In this document: positions 17,987 to 26,619 of the stretch, in pieces
How positions within the stretch are numbered: the first letter of the stretch is position 1
How the letters are laid out: every line of letters begins with the position of its first letter
NCBI GenBank assembly: GCA_964594615.1
Contig: CAZQNZ010000002.1
Coordinates: 1-48,503, forward strand
Origin: an uncultured Planctomycetia bacterium
GTDB lineage: Bacteria > Planctomycetota > MHYJ01 > CAYXQY01
Direction: 5' to 3'
DNA: 48,503 nt
Notes under the pieces: generated by a model
What the model was told of the DNA's origin: nothing
The model's input: the letters and a program-made list of their open reading frames with translations, nothing else
Database searches by the model: none
Position numbers and translations under genes: made by a program

Positions 17987-19960
17987 TTAATCCTGAACCT
18001 GTTCCCGGATTTGTTCCGGAACGTCCGGATCGCGCAACGTTGTGGTGTCTCCAAGTTCCTCGTTGTTGCTGATCCTGCTCAGCAAACGCCTCATGATTTT
18101 GCCGCTCCTTGTTTTGGGCAACTCCTCCACAATATAGATGCCCTGCGGCCGTGCAAACGGTCCGATCTCCTCTTCAACGGCTTCTTTTATTTTGAGCCGG
18201 AGCTGATCTCTGTCTTCATCCGCGCTTTCTCGAAGTGTTGCGTAGACGTCCGGGACTTCTCCTTTCTCCGGATGCTGTCTGGACACCACGGCGGACTCGG
18301 AAACGGAAGACACTTCTGCAACGGCACTCTCAAGTTCCATGGTGCCCAGCCGGTGACCGGCTACGTTCATCACGTCATCCAGACGGCCGAGGATCCGGTA
18401 ATACCCATCCTCGGACTGCACCGCACCATCAGCAGGATAGTAGGTCCAGTCCGCCGGATCGTCACTTTCCGTATCGGAAAACGCCTCCCAGTATTCCTCG
18501 ATGAACCGCTCGTCATCCTCGTAGAGGGTCTGTAACATCCCGGGCCAGGGCCGCTCGATGACCAGGTTGCCCGCCTTACCGGAGCCGGGTTCGATGGGAT
18601 GTCCGTCGTCATCCAGAATCGCCGGCTTGATACCCGGCATGGGTTTCCCGACGGATCCCGGTTTCATGTCCTGGAGCGCAGGAAGGTTGCTGAGCAACAC
18701 CCCACCGGTCTCCGTTTGCCACCAGGTATCCACCACCACGGCATTCTGCCGTCCGATATGCTTGTAATACCACAGCCAGGCCTCCGGTTGGATCGGTTCG
18801 CCCACGGAGGTCATATGCCGAAAGTCAAAATCATACTTGTTCGGCCACTCCTCCCCCCACTTCATGAACATACGAACCGCCGTTGGGGAGGTGTGAAAAA
18901 TATCCACGTCATAGTCCTCGGCAATGCGCCAGGTGACCCCCTTGTCGGGATAATCCGGTGCCCCTTCATACATGACGGACGTGGCGGCAATGGACAGAGG
19001 ACCATACACGATGTACGAGTGCCCCGTGATCCATCCGATGTCGGCCATGCACCAGTACGTGTCTTCCGGCTTGATGTCAAAAAGGTATTTGCTCGTACCG
19101 GCCACGTAACTGAGGTATCCCCCCGTCCGGTGCTGTGGTGCCTTTGGCGATCCGGTCGTACCGCTGGTATACATAATGAAAAGCGGATCCTCGGCGTCTC
19201 GCTCCACCGGTTCCACTCGGCGTCCGTGATACTGTTCAATCTCCTCCTGTACGAGAACATCTCGATCAGGAACGATCTTACATCCTTCACTCAACTCGTC
19301 GTGCCGCTGGAACACGAGGACATTTTCCAGGTCCACGCTGGCCTGCTCAACCGCCTCATCGGCTTTTTCCTTGTGGTTTAAAAATTCGCCCCGACGATAA
19401 TACCCGTCGATCGTCACAAGGTGACGACTTTCCGCATCGTCCAGCCGATGCGCCAGTGCATCCGCGCTGAATCCGGCGAACACCACACTATGCGGCGCCC
19501 CGATCCGTGCGGCAGCCAGCATGGTGACCGGCAGTGCGGGCACCATGGGCATATGAATCGTCAGAATATCTCCTTCATCAACGCCCACGTCCCGCAGGAG
19601 AGCCGCCGTTTCGTTCACCTCCCGGTAGAGATCCTGATAGGCCATGCGGCGCACGTCCCCATCCTCCCCCTCCCACAGAAGGGCCGTCTTATTCGCGTGC
19701 TTGTCGAGGTGACGATCAACACAGTTGTAACTGGCGTTCAGCGTGCCGCCCACGAACCATTTGTAAAACGGAGGGTTGCTCTGATCCAGAACCTGGTCCC
19801 ACCGGCTGTACCAATCCAGCATGTCCGCGTACTCGGTAAATCCGTCGGGAAACCGGTCGAACCGATCATACACCCCGGGATCGTTGCAGTTCGCCTGTTC
19901 AACGAACGATTGAGCTGGTGAGAAATACTCCTGTTCGGACAACCGCGATTCGATGGTCAT
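17987..19960 (-). CDS. acs: Acetyl-CoA synthetase (AMP-forming)
   Basis: 657-aa ORF. YTSGTTGSPKAP, WWQTETGG, GYYRILGRLDDVMNVAGHRLGT and LPKTRSGKIMRRLL are present. Confidence 0.95.
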   Translation of the reverse strand: MTIESRLSEQEYFSPAQSFVEQANCNDPGVYDRFDRFPDGFTEYADMLDWYSRWDQVLDQSNPPFYKWFVGGTLNASYNCVDRHLDKHANKTALLWEGEDGDVRRMAYQDLYREVNETAALLRDVGVDEGDILTIHMPMVPALPVTMLAAARIGAPHSVVFAGFSADALAHRLDDAESRHLVTIDGYYRRGEFLNHKEKADEAVEQASVDLENVLVFQRHDELSEGCKIVPDRDVLVQEEIEQYHGRRVEPVERDAEDPLFIMYTSGTTGSPKAPQHRTGGYLSYVAGTSKYLFDIKPEDTYWCMADIGWITGHSYIVYGPLSIAATSVMYEGAPDYPDKGVTWRIAEDYDVDIFHTSPTAVRMFMKWGEEWPNKYDFDFRHMTSVGEPIQPEAWLWYYKHIGRQNAVVVDTWWQTETGGVLLSNLPALQDMKPGSVGKPMPGIKPAILDDDGHPIEPGSGKAGNLVIERPWPGMLQTLYEDDERFIEEYWEAFSDTESDDPADWTYYPADGAVQSEDGYYRILGRLDDVMNVAGHRLGTMELESAVAEVSSVSESAVVSRQHPEKGEVPDVYATLRESADEDRDQLRLKIKEAVEEEIGPFARPQGIYIVEELPKTRSGKIMRRLLSRISNNEELGDTTTLRDPDVPEQIREQVQD

Positions 19961-20198
19961 ATCAGCACTCCCCTGTCAATGTGATAATGGCCGACTGGTC
20001 ACGCATGTACGTTATTATAATGTGTGCATGGCCTCAAGTACGATCTGTTCGAGAGAAACCCGTTGGGTTTCGGCCCTGAAGAAGCAACCGTTTCCTTCTC
20101 ATGGAAGCGATAACGGCAAACTTGAAACGTTCCTGAGGTTCCGGTAAGCTTGCAGGTCAGTAGATGTCATTCTCTTATTTTTCAGCATCTGGTTGGCC

Positions 20199-20333
20199 AT
20201 GAACGAACAATCCATAACTCGCAGGAGGTTCTACAACTCCGGAACCAGCGCTGCTGTATCTACTGTTCCACACTTCCTGACCAACAGCACTCGCTGTTGC
20301 TGTATGGATTCCAACTGTTGTTGTGGGGGATAA
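20199..20333 (+). CDS. Candidate small ORF (44 codons) with polycysteine C-terminus; possible regulatory leader or exported Cys-rich peptide
   Basis: Not in the ORF track because it is under 60 aa. ATG 20199 to TAA 20331-20333 translates as MNEQSITRRRFYNSGTSAAVSTVPHFLTNSTRCCCMDSNCCCGG. Same strand as the rhodanese gene and 209 nt upstream of it. No clear Shine-Dalgarno sequence, and no comparative support is available here. Confidence 0.25.
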   Translation: MNEQSITRRRFYNSGTSAAVSTVPHFLTNSTRCCCMDSNCCCGG

Positions 20334-20542
20334 TCCCACACACAGCCCTCCCACACACTCCATACAAACGAAATTCTCTCGACCTCCGAAACTCGGCGCC
20401 GAATGTTTGACGGCATTCTCTTGAGGAAAAGCAATTCCGATGCTGAGTTCGGAGGGAACGCTCGATTCTTGATGGTTACACGTCGTATTCCTTTTGGTTT
20501 GTCACTTTTCTTGTTTTCTCACTGTATTTCGAAAAAGAGATC

Positions 20543-21385
20543 ATGTCACATCACAATGTTGAACCCATTGTCAGTACCGAGTGGGTCGAGAATCATCTTG
20601 ACGACCCGGACGTAAAACTTCTCGAAGTAGACGTGGATACGTCCTCATACGACGAGAGTCACATTCCCGGTGCCGTCGGTCTGAGCTGGCGCTCCCAGCT
20701 TCAGGACCAGGTCGAACGGGATCTCCTTGACCAGGAGGAATTCCAGGAACTCGCACGTGAAGCCGGCATCAACAACGATGACCACGTGGTATTCTATGGC
20801 GACAATTTTAACTGGTTCGCCGCCTGGGCACTATGGCAATTCAATTACTACGGATTCGAGAACACCAGTCTCATGGACGGTGGCCGTGAGAAATGGCTCG
20901 AGGAAAATCGTCCGGTGACCACGGAAGTTCCGGATCCGGAACCCGGAAACTTCACCGCGGAAGAGCCCAATGAAGAACTGCGGGCCTACCGTTCGGATGT
21001 CCAGGAAATGATCGAATCCGGCACACCCAGTCTGGTGGACGTCCGTTCCACCCAGGAGTACACCGGTGAGGTGCTCGCTCCGGAAGGCATGAGTGAAACC
21101 TGTCAGCGTGGTGGTCACGTGCCGGGGGCTTCGAACATTACCTGGAAAGAAGCCATCAACGAGGACGGTACCTTCAAATCCGAGGAGGAACTCCGGGAGA
21201 TTTACGAGAGCAAAGGGATCAAGCCGGAAAACGAAACGATCACATACTGCAGAATCGGTGAGCGTTCTTCACACTCCTGGTTTGTCCTGAAATACCTGCT
21301 CGGTTACGAGGACGTGAAAAACTACGACGGTTCCTGGACGGAATGGGGGAACCTCGTGGCTGCTCCGGTCGAAAAAGGAGAATAA
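20543..21385 (+). CDS. Two-domain rhodanese sulfurtransferase (thiosulfate / 3-mercaptopyruvate type)
   Basis: 280-aa ORF with tandem rhodanese domains. HIPGAVGLSW lies in the N-terminal domain and the active-site loop YCRIGERSSHSWF in the C-terminal domain. DGSWTEWG lies near the end. Confidence 0.9.
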   Translation: MSHHNVEPIVSTEWVENHLDDPDVKLLEVDVDTSSYDESHIPGAVGLSWRSQLQDQVERDLLDQEEFQELAREAGINNDDHVVFYGDNFNWFAAWALWQFNYYGFENTSLMDGGREKWLEENRPVTTEVPDPEPGNFTAEEPNEELRAYRSDVQEMIESGTPSLVDVRSTQEYTGEVLAPEGMSETCQRGGHVPGASNITWKEAINEDGTFKSEEELREIYESKGIKPENETITYCRIGERSSHSWFVLKYLLGYEDVKNYDGSWTEWGNLVAAPVEKGE

Positions 21386-21411
21386 ACACGTCCGATCGCA
21401 GAAACATACCG

Positions 21412-21443
21412 CCGGCACCGGTTCTCCCGGTGCCGGTTTTTTT
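21412..21443 (+). terminator. Rho-independent terminator after the rhodanese gene
   Basis: Perfect 10-bp stem CCGGCACCGG / CCGGTGCCGG with loop TTCTC, followed by seven T. Starts 27 nt after the stop codon. Confidence 0.8.
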
Positions 21444-21516
21444 ATTGGCCCTCCCCGGCCCTTACAATTGACATGCTTTCGTCGTCTCTCATCAGGCACT
21501 GCTCAACAATCAGACC

Positions 21517-22527
21517 ATGAAAGCCTGGCAGCTGATTGAAAAAGGACCCTTTACTCCCGATCGCCTCGAAACTCGTGAGGTCAATCGACCCGAACCGGAG
21601 GAGAACGAAATTCTGATCAAGGTTCATACCTGCGGGATCTGTCACACCGATCTTCATGTCATCGAAGCGGACATCGAAAGTCGATCGTTACCACTGACCC
21701 TCGGGCATCAGGTGGTGGGTGAGGTCATACAGATCAACGGCAGTTCGGACGACTACGAGATCGGGGATCGGGTCGGCGTGCCCTGGCTTTATCACACTTG
21801 CGGTAACTGCCCGGATTGCAGAAACGGTCGAGAAAACCTGTGCCGTAATGCCCTGTTCACGGGGTGTGACGTGCACGGTGGATTTGCCGAGTACATGACC
21901 GTACCGATTTCCTTCGCACATCCTGTCCCGCAGGGGATCGATCCCGTCCAGACGGCACCGCTGCTGTGCGGGGGCGTCGTGGGATACCGCGCCCTTCAAC
22001 TCAGTGAAGCGACGTCCGGTGACCGCGTGGGACTGTACGGCTTCGGCTCCTCAGCGTCGATGGTCATTCAGGCCGCTATTCACAAAGGTTGTGAATGTTA
22101 CGTGTTTACGCGATCGGAGCGGCACATGGAACTGGCCGAATCCCTCGGTGCCGTTTGGACCGGCCGTGCGGAGGAGGATCCGGGCGTAAAAATGAATCGT
22201 TCCATCCTGTTCGCTCCAGCAGGGTCACTCGTGCCTCCCGCACTCAACCGGCTTCGGCAGGGCGGAACACTGGCCATCGCCGGCATCTATCTGTCTCCCA
22301 TACCTGAACTGGATTACGAACAGCACCTGTACCGCGAGCGGACCGTGAAAAGTGTAACGGCCAGCACCCGACGGAACGTACGGGAATTCCTCGACCTGGC
22401 CGAACAAATCCCCGTAAAAACAGCAACGGAAATGTTTCGCTTCAACCAACTGCCCGAAGCATTACAGCGCATGAACGAATCAAATCACAACGCCTCTCCG
22501 GTTCTCATGATATCTGAACCGTCATGA
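21517..22527 (+). CDS. Zinc-dependent alcohol dehydrogenase (MDR superfamily)
   Basis: 336-aa ORF. Catalytic-zinc block CGICHTDLHV, GHQVVGEV, structural-zinc Cys cluster CGNCPDCRNGRENLC and the nucleotide-binding block GLYGFGSSA. Confidence 0.9.
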   Translation: MKAWQLIEKGPFTPDRLETREVNRPEPEENEILIKVHTCGICHTDLHVIEADIESRSLPLTLGHQVVGEVIQINGSSDDYEIGDRVGVPWLYHTCGNCPDCRNGRENLCRNALFTGCDVHGGFAEYMTVPISFAHPVPQGIDPVQTAPLLCGGVVGYRALQLSEATSGDRVGLYGFGSSASMVIQAAIHKGCECYVFTRSERHMELAESLGAVWTGRAEEDPGVKMNRSILFAPAGSLVPPALNRLRQGGTLAIAGIYLSPIPELDYEQHLYRERTVKSVTASTRRNVREFLDLAEQIPVKTATEMFRFNQLPEALQRMNESNHNASPVLMISEPS

Positions 22528-22609
22528 GATCCACTGGTTCCTCGGATCGGGCCACGTGCAGATTTGAATTAATTCATGCTTCGAAATATAATCCCAAAAA
22601 CGCTTAACG

Positions 22610-22846
22610 CTCTAAATAGGCCTCGTCTGAAAAGATGAGACGCATTTTCAAAGAAAACATCCGGTTGATGAAAGATGATGCAACATTGAGTTGCATCCTG
22701 CTTTCATCGAACTACGTACGGCACAAAACGGCGTGATTTACTCGTCGACAATGCACTTTTGCACGGCATTTCCTCCTCGAAATGCCTTGTTAAGCACCAA
22801 AAATCGGATGCTGAGAACATGACACCTTTTCAGACGAGGTCTAAAT
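22610..22846. mobile_element. MITE-like non-autonomous element (about 0.22 kb) with flanking 8-bp direct duplication
   Basis: TCTAAATA (22610-22617), GG, CCTCGTCTGAAAAG (22620-22633), ~190 bp of AT-rich hairpin-rich interior, CTTTTCAGACGAGG (22825-22838), TCTAAATA (22839-22846). The 14-nt ends are perfect reverse complements and the 8-mers are identical direct repeats. No transposase-sized ORF lies inside. Confidence 0.55.
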
Positions 22847-22943
22847 AAAAAGGACGTGGTGAAGTTCGTTTTCTACGAACAAAAAGTTGCTGCACCGCGA
22901 GTTCGCATCCTGATATCACACTGCTGATCGGGGACAAACCATA

Positions 22944-24143
22944 ATGCAATCGACTCCTACACACTCGACGACCCACTCCGGTGGCACTCTTGTGCAAATC
23001 TGTATGTTTATTACGGTGATCACATCGATCGCGGCCCTTTCCTCCTGGATGGTCTTCCAGATTCAGAACAACCGGACGCAAAGCCAAATTGATGAAATGA
23101 AACAGCAAGCAGGGGAGCTGGAAACCCGTTCCAAGCGCCTGCTGCAATACGAAGCCAACCTCAAGAAGATGCTCGGTCTTGATGCAAACGCGGATTTGAC
23201 GCCGGAAGCAATCGAGCAGCTTGAAAACGAGACCATCGAAGAACAGGAGGGCCTCCCAGAAGCCCAGGGGCGGTCAAGTGACATCGTCCGTCACCTCGAA
23301 TCACAAATCCGTCGGCTTATCCGGCATCACCGCGAACTCGATTTCCAGAAAACCGATCTGCAGCAGAAGCTCTCCTATCAGGAAACGCGCCTCGAAAGTT
23401 ATCAATCGGTGTACAACAGCCGGCAGGAGACCCTGAATACGTACTCCACGAATTTAGACACCAACCTTGAAGAAGTGAATCAGAACATACAATCGGTCCA
23501 GCAGGAGGGATCGGATCAGATCTCTTCTCTGGAGGATGAGATTTCCTCCGCCAAGGAATCTCACGAGGAGGAACTGAGCAGTATGGACCAGCAACTGACC
23601 CGAGTGCAAAACAGCATCGGAGACCTGAAACAGCAGTCCGAAGCACAGTACGTTGATTCGGATGAGGTCGATGGGCGGGTCATTCGCACGGATGCCACCT
23701 CCGACTGGGTCTATATCAATATTGGCTCGGATGATCGTGTGAAAGCGGGATATCTCTTCGGCATCTATGGATCCGCCGAGGAATCGGGCGGGGAGCTGGT
23801 CGGGAAGGTACAGGTCAAACAGGTGTTCCCGGACTACGCCCGATGCTCTGTGGTGTCACAGAACCGCGTGAATCGTCCGATCCTGAACGGCGACCGTGTC
23901 GACAATCCCTTCTTCAGCACAGATGGACCCAAACGGATTGCCCTGATCGGGGATTTCCAGAATCGCAGCCGGATCGAACAGGCGATCTCATCGGTCGGAT
24001 CAACGGTCGTTGACGACATCGAGCCGAACCTCGATTTTGCTATAACCAGTCCGAACGCGGAGGAAACAAACCGTTTTAACGAGGCAAGAAACCTCGGCAT
24101 CCTTCTCCTGAACGTGGATAACATTCAAGGATTTATCAACTAA
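22944..24143 (+). CDS. Membrane-anchored coiled-coil protein with C-terminal barrel-like plus BRCT-like domains (paralog 1)
   Basis: 399-aa ORF. One N-terminal hydrophobic helix (LVQICMFITVITSIAALSSWMVF). About 200 aa of Q/E/L/S-rich heptad-like sequence follow. Next comes DGRVIRTDATSDWVYINIGSDDRVKAGYLFGIYG..GKVQVKQVFPDYARCSVV. The C-terminus reads RIALIGDF..RSRIEQAISSVGSTVVDDIEPNLDFAITS..NRFNEARNLGILLL. Colinear with the next gene. Confidence 0.75.
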   Translation: MQSTPTHSTTHSGGTLVQICMFITVITSIAALSSWMVFQIQNNRTQSQIDEMKQQAGELETRSKRLLQYEANLKKMLGLDANADLTPEAIEQLENETIEEQEGLPEAQGRSSDIVRHLESQIRRLIRHHRELDFQKTDLQQKLSYQETRLESYQSVYNSRQETLNTYSTNLDTNLEEVNQNIQSVQQEGSDQISSLEDEISSAKESHEEELSSMDQQLTRVQNSIGDLKQQSEAQYVDSDEVDGRVIRTDATSDWVYINIGSDDRVKAGYLFGIYGSAEESGGELVGKVQVKQVFPDYARCSVVSQNRVNRPILNGDRVDNPFFSTDGPKRIALIGDFQNRSRIEQAISSVGSTVVDDIEPNLDFAITSPNAEETNRFNEARNLGILLLNVDNIQGFIN

Positions 24144-24144
24144 C

Positions 24145-25695
24145 ATGCCCAACCAAACTGACCAAACGGCATACATTGTTATCGGCATTTCGCTGATCAT
24201 CACAGCGATTACCGGATGGCTCGCTTACCTCGAGTACGGGGCACAGTCCAATCTGAACGCCACGTTGTCCGAGGTAGAATCAAATCTTCAGGATCAACAA
24301 CAAACCGTAAATAACCGGGAAGAGCGCCTGTATGACGTATCGGACAAACTCGGCTGGAAGAGTCAGTTTCTGTTTTCTACCACCTCCTCAGGGGACTCGG
24401 GCACGCTCGAAAGCGGCTCCCTTCAAAGCTATCCCTCCATCGACTCACTGGAAGACGAAGAGCTCCTCCAACAAACCGGGCAAATGATGAAAGCCCATGG
24501 GTTTACTGAACAACGTATTAGCCAGGTGACCTCCAATCCCGCACGTGCCCGCCAATTCCTGAAAGACTTTTACCTGGAACAGACTCAGGAGATCAACCAA
24601 TCCCTTACCAGCTTACGTGCAATGGGCACCAACTTCGATCAGGCCCTCAATGTTGCACCCATGCTTCCGGCCGATGCTGTGGAGGCGGGTGCTCTTCACA
24701 CTGCCTATGAGAATGACAGCAGCTGGTCCTTTACCGACGATTCAAATCTCCCGGCACGAGGAAGCATCGACGAAAGCGGAATGACTTATCGTGAGCTTCT
24801 GGAGGAATTCTCTCGTATTCGCTCGGAACTGTTTACCAACACCCAGGACCTCACCGAGGAAACCGAGCAGATACGACAGAAATATTTTTCCTACGTTCAG
24901 GGATATGGATCTCAGGCTCAGATCCCGACCTTGATCGAAGAATCCCGAAACGAAATTCAGAACCTCGAACAGCAGGTGGATAACTTACTCTCCAACCTGG
25001 ATGGAAAACGAAATCAACTGAGAAATACGAAGGCCCAGGTTGAAACCAACCTGTTCAACAAGCGCAACGAGAAACGCAGCCTGCTCGATCAACAGACGGA
25101 GGAAATCATCAATAAAAAGCAACAGTTGATACAAGCGGAAGATCGTCTGGAACGCCTGCAATCCAACCAGCGGAAGAAGACTCAGGAGCAGGTCGGAACG
25201 GTGGACGGAAAGGTGCTTTCCTCGAATTCCCAAACCTCCGTTGCCTTCATCGACATCGGACGTCAGGATGGGCTCTTCACCGGTCAAACGTTCGAGGTAT
25301 TGAATACCGGAAAGGGAGGCCGTGAAATACAGAAAGGTGAAATCAAAGTTCAGAAGCTGTTCGACCGTTATGCTCAAGCCAAAATCCTGAACCAGGAAGA
25401 ACCCGTCAGGAATCCGATCCAATCTAACGATTACATACGTAATGACGATTTCACCACGGGCCACTCCAAAACCTTTGTCCTGACGGGGACGTTTTCCGGA
25501 AAAAACGACGAACCTCTCCTTCGTGAGATGATTCAGGAGGCCGGACATGAATTGACCTCGACGGTGACGATCAACACCTCGTACCTTGTGATCGGTGAAA
25601 ACTACGAAGACACGACGGCTTACGAAAAAGCCAATGAATTGAGTGTCCCGATCATCTCTCCGGCCAAACTCCGCCAGATGCTTGACAGGCGGTAA
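24145..25695 (+). CDS. Membrane-anchored coiled-coil protein with C-terminal barrel-like plus BRCT domains (paralog 2)
   Basis: 516-aa ORF. The ATG lies 1 nt after the upstream TAA. One N-terminal hydrophobic helix (AYIVIGISLIITAITGWLAYL) is followed by a long coiled-coil-like region. Next comes DGKVLSSNSQTSVAFIDIGRQDGLFTGQTFEVLN..GEIKVQKLFDRYAQAKIL. The C-terminus reads SKTFVLTGTFSGKNDEPLLREMIQEAGHELTSTVTINTSYLVIGENYEDTTAYEKANELSVPIISPAKLRQML, the BRCT pattern familiar from the C-terminus of NAD-dependent DNA ligase. Confidence 0.8.
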   Translation: MPNQTDQTAYIVIGISLIITAITGWLAYLEYGAQSNLNATLSEVESNLQDQQQTVNNREERLYDVSDKLGWKSQFLFSTTSSGDSGTLESGSLQSYPSIDSLEDEELLQQTGQMMKAHGFTEQRISQVTSNPARARQFLKDFYLEQTQEINQSLTSLRAMGTNFDQALNVAPMLPADAVEAGALHTAYENDSSWSFTDDSNLPARGSIDESGMTYRELLEEFSRIRSELFTNTQDLTEETEQIRQKYFSYVQGYGSQAQIPTLIEESRNEIQNLEQQVDNLLSNLDGKRNQLRNTKAQVETNLFNKRNEKRSLLDQQTEEIINKKQQLIQAEDRLERLQSNQRKKTQEQVGTVDGKVLSSNSQTSVAFIDIGRQDGLFTGQTFEVLNTGKGGREIQKGEIKVQKLFDRYAQAKILNQEEPVRNPIQSNDYIRNDDFTTGHSKTFVLTGTFSGKNDEPLLREMIQEAGHELTSTVTINTSYLVIGENYEDTTAYEKANELSVPIISPAKLRQMLDRR

Positions 25696-25756
25696 CCGAA
25701 CGACCCCCATACGTTTCTTAACAAGGCAGGATGTACACTCGTTTCCCTCCGCTTCT

Positions 25757-26503
25757 ATGAGTCACACCGAGGCTTCTCAAAGTTGTGAACTTGGCATCAA
25801 CATCGACCACGTGGCCACCGTCCGTCAGGCCCGCCAAACGACGGAACCGGATCCGGTGTCCGCGGCGCTTGAGGCGGAAGCAGGAGGGGCCGATCAGATC
25901 GTACTTCACCTGCGAAAGGATCGTCGCCACGTACAGGAACGGGACCTTGATCTGCTTTCACGGACCGTTCAGACGAAACTGAACCTGGAGATGTCCACGG
26001 ATCCGGACGTCGTCGAGACTGCCCTCCAGCACGAGCCGGACCGGGTCACGATTGTCCCCGAACGTCGAGATGAAGTGACGACGGAGGGAGGACTGGACGC
26101 AAGACAGCAAGAGGACCGGCTTTCCGATCTCACAAAAACAATGAACAAACATGACATCGATGTGAATTTGTTCATAGATCCGGTCGAAGCCCAGATTGAA
26201 ACCAGTCATCGAATCGATGTCCAGGGAATCGAACTGCATACCGGTCCCTATGCAAATGCCGACGATGATTCCGTGCGAGCGAGTGAACGTGAGACGCTCT
26301 CGTCGGCTTCGTCTTACGCCGATGACCTCGGCCTGTTTGTGGCGGCCGGGCATGGATTGAATTATCAGAATACGGGGCCGGTCGCTTCAATTCCCCACGT
26401 CCAGGAACTGAACATCGGCCATAGTATCGTAGCTCGTTCTATCCGATCCGGAATGCAACAGGCGGTCCGGGATATGGTCAATCTTATCCACCGCGCGACC
26501 TGA
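25757..26503 (+). CDS. pdxJ: Pyridoxine 5'-phosphate synthase
   Basis: From the ATG at 25757: MSHTEASQSCELGINIDHVATVRQAR, HLRKDRRHVQERD, IELHTGPYA and AGHGLNY. The track ORF start at 25643 overlaps the upstream gene and adds non-conserved-looking residues. Confidence 0.9.
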   Translation: MSHTEASQSCELGINIDHVATVRQARQTTEPDPVSAALEAEAGGADQIVLHLRKDRRHVQERDLDLLSRTVQTKLNLEMSTDPDVVETALQHEPDRVTIVPERRDEVTTEGGLDARQQEDRLSDLTKTMNKHDIDVNLFIDPVEAQIETSHRIDVQGIELHTGPYANADDDSVRASERETLSSASSYADDLGLFVAAGHGLNYQNTGPVASIPHVQELNIGHSIVARSIRSGMQQAVRDMVNLIHRAT

Positions 26504-26619
26504 ACAATTGATCAGAACGGTAACGTCGTGAAGAATCTCTGCTCTTCTGTATACATTGTATCGCATCATCACATATTTATCGCTGACCAAATTCCCTCGT
26601 TACAAGGAGTACCAGGAGA

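Noticed and set aside
20150-20410. 86-aa track ORF in the acs/rhodanese intergenic region
   Set aside because: It has a non-ATG start and a low-complexity translation (..LLLYGFQLLLWGIIPHTALPHTPYK..) with no motif. It overlaps, in another frame, the more interesting 44-codon polycysteine ORF.
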